The position numbers were made by a program, and so were the translations under genes. Positions 1 to 8,940 of a DNA stretch of 46,616 nucleotides are shown piece after piece (within the stretch, counting starts at the first letter, position 1; each line of letters begins with the position of its first letter). The notes below the pieces were generated by a model. It made no database searches and was not told the DNA's origin. It worked only from the letters and a program-made list of their open reading frames with translations. Source of the stretch: Macrostomum lignano (taxonomy: Eukaryota); assembly GCA_002269645.1 (NCBI GenBank), contig NIVC01004420.1, forward strand, positions 1 to 46,616, read 5' to 3'.

Positions 1-184
1 GACAAAGAACTTTTGGCCCAAACTCTTGGCAGGTTTTGACCATTGCCAACAATGTGCACTCACAAACAAACTCAAGCCATTGGTCCTTTTAATTTAATTT
101 CTAAATGACACACAAAAGATTGGAGTGGGCTGAGATGCACAGTGAGTGAGGGAGTGAGTTATGTAAACTTTGTCGAGCAGTAGA

Positions 185-490
185 AAGTTGACTGCTCTAC
201 AGCTCATTAACTGGGCATTCGTTAGCGACCTGCGTGTCCGCAAGAGGCGGCCGCCAGGGAGTTCTATAGAGAGAATCTGGAGTGGTAGGCTCAGCCCATA
301 CGCAGCTTTTATAAATTTAGTGCTTTAAACAGCCAGGAAACTTCGCCAGCTCACTCCTATTGAATACTAATAAAGTCACCTAAACTCACAGAAATATCGA
401 ATTCATTTGAAGCCAAAGCCATGCAGTATTAAACTAGCATTTAAATTAGAACTCCATGTATTTGGACTTTCTGCAGCTTTGCAGTTTCAG
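185..490 (+). repeat. Diverged inverted duplication, arm A part 1 (pairs with 13866-14187)
   Basis: Shared blocks AACTGGGCATTC, CAGGGAGTTCTATAGAGAGAATC, AATTAGAACTCCA and CAGTTTCAG occur in reverse complement at 13866-14187. Confidence 0.8.
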
Positions 491-634
491 CTAACAGCTG
501 CTGTCATACATGCGCCCTGTGAAGTACAAATGTAGCTGCTGTGAAGTACATGAATATAATTTCGAGAAAGCTATTCCCAAGTTTAATTTATGATTTGTGT
601 CAACTAAGCCTCTAGAAGCCTCTAGCATACAACA

Positions 635-1082
635 ACTACTTAACGCGTGTAAAGTGGTCGATTTTCAGCATATTTGACGCAAAAAACGCAAATTATACTA
701 CTATCTGAAAATGAAGTAAGTAGTATATGAAAACGTGATATATGTACACATAGCATACTTCTATATGTACTTGCATATGTACATTAACCCCGTCTATTCC
801 CAATCCTATATGTACATTGTCTACTTCTATGTCTACATGTAACATTAATCCCTATCTAAATTTCCCCAATGTACCTCTATATGTACACTGCATACTGTAC
901 TTGCATATTTAAACCCATATCTACTTCTAGGACAATTTCTATATGTACAGTGTCACTTCTATATATGTACATTAATTCCCAATCTACACGACAGTCCCCA
1001 GCTGTATTTGAAACCCTCTATACAACAGCAGCCAGTTTATGTAACATTCTCTCTCTCTCTTGGAGTAAACGAAAATTTCCTA
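635..1082 (+). repeat. Left terminal inverted repeat
   Basis: ACTACTTAACGCGTGTAAAGTGGTCGATTTT...GAAAATTTCCTA is the reverse complement of 10485-10938, with scattered mismatches and small indels. Confidence 0.95.
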
Positions 1083-1667
1083 CTCGAAACACCTGTATAC
1101 AGTGTATATTGCAGAGGTGGGGTGCGCTCGCCGGCTGTACAATCCGTTGCATGCGTCATCCCCCAGCCCTCAAGAATGAAAGGCTTCAATGATATGGTTC
1201 GGTACAAACGGCATTGTAAAGAGAAAGGAATATATATTTACAAAATCGATAAAATCAGTAGCATATTACAAGAAATAGATGATGCACAACATTACCAGCC
1301 AATAGAATATACAGAAAATTTACATTGTTTTTCAATAGTCTCCTTTTCATAAATGATTTTAAGCAAGTCTGACATGCAAAATATGTACAATTGCTTTTTA
1401 CATTGGCAATTTTACGCGCATACAAGGCAAAAATGTTTTATGTACCTTTGATGTATAGTTGTTCCTCTTCATAAAATATTTTATGTAAATTTGACATGTA
1501 AAATATGTACAACAAATAGATTTTACTCTGACAAATATACCGCACACAATACAAAATGTTTTGATGTCCATTTATAGTCAGTTTATAACCACAAGGGCCA
1601 GCATTATTTATAGCCATAAGGCCGGCTGCGCACAACCCGCCGCCCGTACACTCGTTTAGTCAGCACG

Positions 1668-2066
1668 CAGGGACTACTCAAACATCGGGACGGGAAACTA
1701 GGCAAATCATGGTGAAGTTATTACGAGGCTGGTTTGTTAGCAGCTGACGAGGCTGGCTGGCTTATTTGTATAGAGCGATACTTTGTTGTCTATGGTTATT
1801 TTCTATTATTTGAAGCTTAATTGTGATAACCGCTATTTCGACTGCAGTCCAGCAGGGGATGCTGGCATTATAGCAGCTAAGTTTCTGGCAGACGAGTAGG
1901 ACAAGCTCGATTTTTCTGCTTGGCATCAATGCCAAGAAAGTGCAGCGTTGTTGCTGCAAGTTATTTATGAGTCCGAACGATTAGCTACGAAACTCGGTTG
2001 AGCGAGAGCGATGGAAAAAGGCCCTACCGAACATCCTGGAGGTAGGCGCTATTTGAGTAGTCCCTG
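1668..2066. mobile_element. hAT-type MITE (399 bp)
   Basis: 15-bp TIR CAGGGACTACTCAAA / TTTGAGTAGTCCCTG with an exact 8-bp TSD TCAGCACG (1660-1667, 2067-2074). Excision restores pPolB ...QRVLT-KRVYG...PYGYK* in frame. Confidence 0.93.
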
Positions 2067-2409
2067 TCAGCACGCGCTGAAACGTCTTGTCCATATTGAT
2101 CGTATGGATGGTACAAGACGTCTTGTCGCGCCTGAACTGAAACTGCGACAGCTGCAGAGAGCCGCCGTGCAGCAGGGCGCTGCGCAGGTCCTCACTGCGC
2201 TCCCAAATCTCTGGCGTCAGGTGAATGCCCTTGCATTTCAGGACCTGGCTCCGGGCACCGGCCGCATCCTCGACAATGTAAGTGTAGAGCTTGGGCCCTC
2301 CACTTACAAAGTCGGTCGTTTGGCTGCCTGCAGGCACCTCGTCGTCCACATTCCGAGGCTCGTGCCATGGGCCGGCTCCCATTGGCCCTCGGAATGGCGG
2401 TAAACGACC

Positions 2410-2504
2410 CTGTGTGTGTGGGTGGGCAATTAGTCAGGTACTAAATCTTATTTACATGTCTATACGTAATCAATTCTAAAAGAATCTATCCAGCCAATAC
2501 TTAC
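2410..2504 (-). other. Spliceosomal intron in pPolB motif C (95 bp, phase 2)
   Basis: GACACCGACTC|GTAAGT...CTGACTAAT...ACACAG|GGTCGTTTAC. Removal gives YCDTDSVVYRHSEGQWEP. Confidence 0.9.
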
Positions 2505-2793
2505 GAGTCGGTGTCGCAATAAATGGCCCGTTCGCCGAGACCCTCCAAGGCCTCGTACAGGCAGGCGCAGTCGGGCCTGCTTGGTCGTAAGGACCCCCGA
2601 TTGGTACGTTGGAGTAGCGGAACGGCCGCTGATTAAAGTAGCGGTGCCGGTACTCCAGCAGCAGCAGCATAAACTCGCTGCCAATCGGCTCGCAGGCCTT
2701 GACCTGGAGTTTCGGATCGGTCAGCCGGGCGAGCCAGTCCTCGTAGCTGGACACAATCTCAGGTCATCGCGCTGACAGAATTTACCCCAGAGC

Positions 2794-2868
2794 CTGTGAA
2801 AATATTGGGTTTGTGCTGCTACTGTTAGTAAAATAAATATTTTAACAAGCAGAATTATGATTACTTTC
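2794..2868 (-). other. Spliceosomal intron in pPolB motif B (75 bp, phase 2, GA donor)
   Basis: AATTC|GAAAGT...TACTAAC...TTTTCACAG|GCTCTGGGGTAAA. Removal gives KIFLNSLWGKF. It has a perfect TACTAAC branch motif, but the donor reads GAAAGT rather than GTAAGT. Confidence 0.82.
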
Positions 2869-3424
2869 GAATTCAAAAAGATTTTCGCCACAAAGCGAAG
2901 TCCTGGGTTGGGCTCGACCCCGTCCAGCTTGACGCCTTCCTTGGAGTAAAAATCGGCAATTTAGGCAGCCCGCTCATCGTCAGTCATGCCGGGGGAGCCG
3001 CTCGACTCGGCCTTCAGCTTGAGAAAGGTGTTGACTCGCTGAACAGGCCGGTCCTCTGCTCTGTCCAGTAGGCTAGCGCGTGCCCGGCTTCCAGACGGTA
3101 GCCCAACTAGAAGGCCTTCCGCAGCTCCGGCGTTGCCCAGGTACCCGTCAGCGCCCGCTCCTGGTCTGAGTGGCTGCAGCACTCGCGGCTGCACTGCTCC
3201 TGCTGCTGCTCCATACAGGTGCGGCAAACCCCAAAAATGAGCTTCTTCTGCACCCTGTATGGCAACAGCGGAATGTGCAGATCTGACGGCGGCAGCACTG
3301 TTACTTCGGCAATGCCAAAGTAGCTGGCCAGCGCGTCAGAGTCGAGTGTCTGCGGCGTCGGGTGGTGCACCGGGTGGCCAATCGGGTACGCGTCTTTTGA
3401 TTGTACCGTCGGGTACAGAGAGAC

Positions 3425-3512
3425 CTGCCAGTTGAAATAAAACAGTATTTCTCATAAACTGTATTTCATATTTTGCAAAATATTCTACTACATTAGTAGT
3501 ATCACTACTCAC
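3425..3512 (-). other. Spliceosomal intron in pPolB motif A (88 bp, phase 0)
   Basis: GATGTG|GTGAGT...CTGGCAG|GTCTCTCTGTACCCG. Removal gives DVVSLYPTVQSKDAYPIGHP. Confidence 0.9.
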
Positions 3513-4728
3513 CACATCCTGATATTTGAGCGCCTCAGTATCACTGGCCATAGCATGCGGGATGAAGCATTCTACTCGACCACCGTAGAGCGCATCCTCC
3601 ATCTTGAGCGGTGCACGCAGATGGGCAGTTGCGGCGATAAAATCAGCCTGCGATGCCAATACAGTGTCATATTCATGCTCCCAAATGACACGAACACTGT
3701 AATTATGCCGCTCCAACTCGCGAGTGAACCGCTCAGTCTCGTGGCGGATGTGGCTCAGAGGCTGCCGCTTTAGTGGGTGGACAACATCCTGGTCGGGCAT
3801 ATACTGCTCGCAGCCATGGTAGAAGCAGCCATGAAACTGCAAAACAATGTTTGTAGCCTCATCGAAGCCTTTCACCTTGCGGCCGAGAATGACAGCCTGA
3901 ACAAATGGTTCAAGCCCATCGCAAATGTCTGCAATTATCGCCCTGTACTTGAGCTACACAGCCCTCGCGAAGCAGGACTGTGTCGCTCAAACAATAATCG
4001 AGATATTCCCGATTAAGGTTGAACAACTCGCCCTGTCGCGAGGCCAACCATGCACAGATGGAGTCGTATTCCTTGTTGGCCTTGCCGCCGTAGTAATCAA
4101 TAGCCGGGTAGGGGCCCACGTAGTTCCAATCGGCCGGCTTGTTGAACTCGTGGGGAAAGGTCCCCTTGGCCAGCTTTGTTGCAAGGCCCAGCGCTTTGGG
4201 AATTGTGCAAGCAGGATTGGCATAAAGTTGAGCGAGTTTTTAAAAACCAACTTGTCAACCGTCATGCACATTAGCCGGCTGCCTTGAAACACCACTTGTG
4301 GCCGCTTCTTGGCCAGGCCGTTGAGTAGAGCGCCGAGCAGCAAAATAGCATCGTAGTCAGATGCATTGTGAGCCGCAACTATGGCGCCGCCTCGGAATGT
4401 TGTGCTCAGCCAGGCGAAAAAATGCATTCAGCGGGCTCGAGCCCACTGCCACAAAGTCGGCCATTTGGCAGGCACAGTCTGAGTGGGTGACGCAATTGGA
4501 GAAATTCTCCCCCAAATCGACATTGACGGTCAGCAACATGTTGTCAGCAGTCAGTTTAGCCGCGACAAAATCATCGGCGTGCAGGTCCGCGCAGAGCACA
4601 GAAATTATTCCATCAAACGTTCAAACGCTCGAATATCAACCATATCTGCTGTGAGCGATACTGCATACTTGTAGTCTTTTGCCTTAAATTTAGGCAGAGC
4701 CTTTGCCCCGCAAGGCGCGCAATGAAGC

Positions 4729-4810
4729 CTGAAAAATTGGAGCGCTTGAAATTAGAATTGCAAGCGGCGGCGGCGGGTGAATGACTCATGAAATAAAATC
4801 AACTCCTTAC
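4729..4810 (-). other. Candidate fourth intron upstream of the pPolB exonuclease domain
   Basis: GTAAGG donor, TTCTAAT branch-like motif and TTTTTCAG acceptor, 82 bp. The flanking protein could not be recognised, so splicing is not validated by motif restoration. Confidence 0.4.
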
Positions 4811-4899
4811 CGTTGCCTTCGACAGTGTCGGGCTGGGGCGGGGGTGGAAATTTAGCCAAATCTGCAATTAAAATGTGCATGGTGACTAAAATTCTGACC

Positions 4900-7800
4900 G
4901 ATGGAGGGCAATTGTCTCAGTCGCCGCCTGACATCTTTCAGCGGCCGGGTCTGAGCACCGCGTGGCTTTGTGTAGGTCCGTGGCAATGGTGACCTCTTCT
5001 GGGAAGGGGGTCCACGGAGGCAGGGGTGCCGGTAGTTCTTGTGGAGTCAGCTGTCCGACTGCAAGGTTGGTCAGCCACTGGCCGATCCTCTGGAAGCACG
5101 GTTTGAAAGAAAGAGCCAGGACGTCTTCGTCAACGGGGTCCGCTTTCGGATCGGTTTCACTCTTGAGGAGAGCTTCATGAGCCCTGCAGCGGAGGCGGGC
5201 TTGACGGGCGGCGGGCGGGGTCCCCGGTCGGGAGGAGGTTCAGCCTGGTGTATTCTCTAGCAGCCTGATCCAGCGCTCTGAGGAATAGGGCAGGTAGGCC
5301 AGCCTCCGCAAGCAGGGTCCGCCTGTTAGTGATTCCAAGGGCAGCCCGTGATAATGCGGGCGCATTTGTTCTGTTCGGCTTCCAGCTTGTAGCGGTTCGT
5401 GGGGGCCGCGTGGGTGAACTAGATCGAGGAGCCATAGTCCAAGATGGAGCGTATGTAGGCGGTGTAGGCGGTTCGGAGGGTAGTTCTATCAGTTCCGAAG
5501 TGTTTGCCTGCGATGGCCAGCAAGCAGTTGCGTCGATTAGCCATCCTAGTTTTGACCAAATCGACGTGTCTGGAGAAAGTCAACTGGTCATCGAATTTGA
5601 GGCCCAGCCCAAGAAGGTGGATTCAGCTTCGTAACGCAGGGGCTCATTTTCGATGCAGAACCCCTTAGCGCACTTTGCCGCCACATTCCGCGGGATTGAG
5701 AGTGAAGGTGGTGAAGCTGCACTTGTGAGTGCTCAATTGGACTTTCCAGCGTTTAGTCCAACAAACAATGGCATCGAGGGCCGGCTGGGCGCAATCCGTG
5801 CACTCTTGCAGGCTACGGCCAGTGGTCAGTATTGCCGTGTCATCCGCGAAGAGAGATCGATGCACCCTATCGTCGAGGCCGTCGTCGATGTCGTTAACGT
5901 AGATCAGCCAGAGGAGGGGTGCGAGAACTGATCCTTGAGGGAGGCCGTCCGTAAAGACTCTCCAGTTGGAGCAGATGCCGTCCCAGCGGACTCTGGCGCG
6001 GCGATCAGAGAGGAGGTTCTTGACGAAGCGGATGACATGGGCCGGGATGCCGAGTCTGGCCATTTTATCATACAAGCCGGGTCGCCAGATTCGGTCGTTT
6101 TATTTTTTTATTAGAGGCAGGGGGGTTGTGTGCACCCTGGCGCACTTTAAGCGACATAGGCACACAACCGGCGAGAGGCATTACTACCCATTCCGCCGAC
6201 TCCCCTGAGCAGGCATACAAGCGCGCGGATACGTACGCAGGCACACAAGCACACAGGAGTGTACAGCGGCCCTAACTTTATATTATCGTTAGGCATGTGC
6301 ACTTCACTGCGCCTTGGGGGGTTGGCTCTCAAGGCCGTTAATTGCACGAGCAGAGCCAAGCCGAGATTCCAATTCAGCCCCAAATTAATGTGACTGCACT
6401 TGGAATCGAGCCTGGGTCGCTGGCACACCAGAGCAGCTGCGCTATCGCTGGGCTACGGCCCCCCTTAGATTCGGTCCTAGGCCTTGGCAAAGTCCAGGAG
6501 GATCAGGATAGCGCGCTCAGACTTGCCTTGCTCGAGGGCGTCAAAGATGGCCTGGGTGATACGGGCCAGTTAGTCGATCGTTGAGTGGCCTTTGCGGAAA
6601 CCGGCCTGGTTTTTGTTAAACAGGTTGCGCGATTCAAGCCAGTGGAAAAGGCGGTTCTGGAGGATGAGCTCGGCCAATTTGGCAATGCAGCTGAGAAGCA
6701 AAATGGGCCTGAAGAGTCAGTCTGCCCAGGGTCTTTCCCTTTCTTATGGATAGCGATGATTTCGGCACGCCTCCAAGCGGCAAGGATGGTGCGGTTTAAC
6801 CAGCAGTCGTTGAGGAGTTCGAGGAGGCGGCTTTTTCCCCGAGGGGAGGCTTGACGAAGGAGTTCATTGCTCGGGGCTTTCCCGTTTTTGAGCTGCTTGG
6901 TGGCCAGCTCCGGTTCGGTGTTGGTGATCGGGCTACAGATGTCGGAGCGGGTGCCGTCGCAGGTGCAGTTCAAGACTGCGCGGCGCACCTCTTGGATGAT
7001 GGGGCGGTCCTCAGCCTTATTTTTTCCAATTCTGGAGACCTCGGCATAGGCTCTGCAGAAGAGCTCCGCTTTCGCTCGGGCTGTGGCCGCGAGTGGATTC
7101 GATGGATAAATGTTGCCGCTGGCCGGACGTTCGAAGGCTGCGGCGGGCTTAGAGCTGGGTATGCGCCCATCGAAGCGTTTTATCAGCCTCCACATATCAC
7201 CATGGCTCTCGGAAATCAAGCTTCTTTTCCTCCTGGATGACACGGGCGGCCTCTTGTTTTAAGTCGGAGTACCGGCGGATGCTTTCAGGGTCATCGGGGC
7301 TCTCGATCAGGGAGAGGCGACTTTCTTCCCGGCGGTCCGCAGCTTTCTGGCAGCGTTCATTCCAGAAGGGCTGTCGCTTTCTGGGGCCGTTGCCGAAGGG
7401 GATGGCCTAGCGGGCCGCACCGGTGAGGGCGCTGGTGATCAGTTGATTACGGCGATCGGCGGAACAGCACGCCGAATTCAGTAGGTTTTTGATTCTAGCC
7501 AGCCTGGAGTCAAGGTCAACCCGGAAGGCCTGCCAGTCAGCCTTTTTGAAGTTGAACCGGCTGGGAGATTTCGGCTTCACAGGGTCGTTGGCGTCGAGAT
7601 TTACCAGCATCGGCAGGTGGTCAGAGCCGATACCCTCAAGGGTGCACCAGTCGGCGCGGCTGGCCAGGTCGGCTGTGACGATGCATAGGTCAGGAGCTGA
7701 TTTCCCCCCTGTAGCCGGATTAAGGTGGGTGTGGCCTCCGTCGATGAGTATCGACAGGCAGCAGTTAGTAGTCCACTCTTCAATCGCAGTACCTAGCTGG

Positions 7801-8940
7801 TCCTCCCTCTGGAAAGGGTCCCAGCAGGTGGCATGCGCGTTAAGGTCTCCTGCGATAAGCGTGCGAGGGCCGAGGATGAACCCATCTGGGTTGAAGGTGG
7901 CCTCGATGTCCTCACGGGTGCTGCGGCGAGCCGGTGGAACATAGGTGTTTATGACTCGGATTGGTTTAGCGCCCGCGAGAAAGATTTGGGTGCCATGGCA
8001 GAGCAAGTGTGATCGTTGGGTTGCCTATGGGCCGACTGTAGTCTTTTGAATGCGGTGTCATCTCTAACCAGGGTGAGGATCCCGCCTTGGTTTGCTTCAG
8101 CGGGGCCGTTCGTCTCGTCCGGGCAGTAGTCGTTTCGTCCGCTGATGTTGTAGCCGGCAAAGGAGGGGCCGTAGATTTAGGGCGGAGGAAAGTCTCTTGG
8201 AGCATAACGACGTGGGGGCGCTTGTCGGCGATGAGTTTGGCGAGTTCTGTGGCGCGTTTCTTGAGGCCGTTGCAGTTTAGGATAAGGGCAATCACCGGGG
8301 ATTTGCGCCTTCGGGTCCGCACTTCCGGCTCCGGGGGCGGATCCATTAGGGCGGGCGTACCGGTGTTAGCCTGGGAGCGCTACCGTCTTTGGCGGCCGTG
8401 CTGGAGGCCGTGCCGCTCGTTTGAAGTTGTTTCACGTCGTGGCACGCCGTGCGGAGCCTTTCGGCAGGTCTGTAGCCGCCAGATTGTCGTGGCGAATTTA
8501 GCACCGGCGTACTGGTAGGTGTCGGTTTGGCTGGCGGCGGCGCATTGTCAGTCTTGTTTCGGCAGGGTTGGCATTCCCAAGGGGTGCCAGAGACAGAAAA
8601 GTGGCGAAGTGCTTTAGGCTGATGTCAGTGCACCTTCTGTGGTTCCAGGTGCGGCACCTCGCACATTGTATCGAACAGTCGGCTCCATAGCCGAAGTTCT
8701 TTCTACAGGCTCCACACGGGAACCTGGGTCCCGGGTTGGCTTCGATGTCGCCAGCAAGGAGCAGAAATGTTGTAAACCAGCTCAGGAGGTGCGACCATGT
8801 TCTTCGATTCTTGGGCATCGACGACAGTCTTCTGGGGACGCGCAACCTCCCTTCGCGACCGGTTTGACAGGTCACGGTCAGTTGCGCAGTGTGAGTGAGA
8901 CCGGAACAATTGGCGCGGGTTTCCTCGCGACGCCACCCCT
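4900..8940 (-). mobile_element. Non-LTR retrotransposon (Ingi/Vingi- or I-group-like): 2A peptide, PHD finger, APE, RT; frameshifted, 3' end missing
   Basis: ATG at 8818; LLLAGDIEANPGP (8749-8726); C4HC3 PHD. APE motifs LNCNGL, MLQET, AGDLNAH, PDL, GSDHLP. RT motifs QAGFR, LLDFAKA*DRIW, GLPQGSVLAPLL, LFADD. A PPW connector at ~5000 follows, but no RNase H and no poly(A) or repeat tail. Boundaries are approximate. Confidence 0.88.
6097..6466 (-). mobile_element. tRNA-derived SINE inserted in the LINE RT
   Basis: Head GGGGCCGTAGCCCAGCG (A-box-like)...GGCTCGATTCC (B-box-like), A-rich tail, and exact 10-bp TSD AGATTCGGTC (6087-6096, 6467-6476). Removal rejoins DRIW-RPGLYDKM. Confidence 0.92.

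Larger units (their letters stand above)
1604..4430 (-). pseudogene. Protein-primed family-B DNA polymerase (pPolB), intron-containing and frameshifted
   Basis: Motifs in order on the minus strand: ExoII AAHNASDYD; NSLNFMP; ExoIII YCLSDTVLLREGC; QFHGCFYHGC insert; LYGGRVE; YQDV|VSLYP; YPIGHP; FLKLKAESSG; AKIFLNS|LWGKF; YCDTDS|VVY; GPKLYTY...KCKG; C-terminal LTKR...RPYGYK* (stop 1604-1606). Several frameshifts and stops. Sequence 4430-4870 may also belong to the gene. Confidence 0.93.

Noticed and set aside
635-650. piggyBac-type TTAA ends
   Set aside because: TTAA lies inside the inverted repeat, which extends 5 nt further out. No CCC terminus or piggyBac transposase is present.
1668-1682. 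ACTACT shared by the MITE TIR and the large element's terminus
   Set aside because: A 6-nt match is expected by chance. The MITE has its own CAGGG ends and 8-bp TSD.
8830-8940. HDV-like ribozyme at the LINE 5' end (CCCTTCCC...GCGAAGGGAGG)
   Set aside because: A P2-like pairing and a CGAA are visible, but I could not build P1/P3/L3. It would need a covariance-model search.
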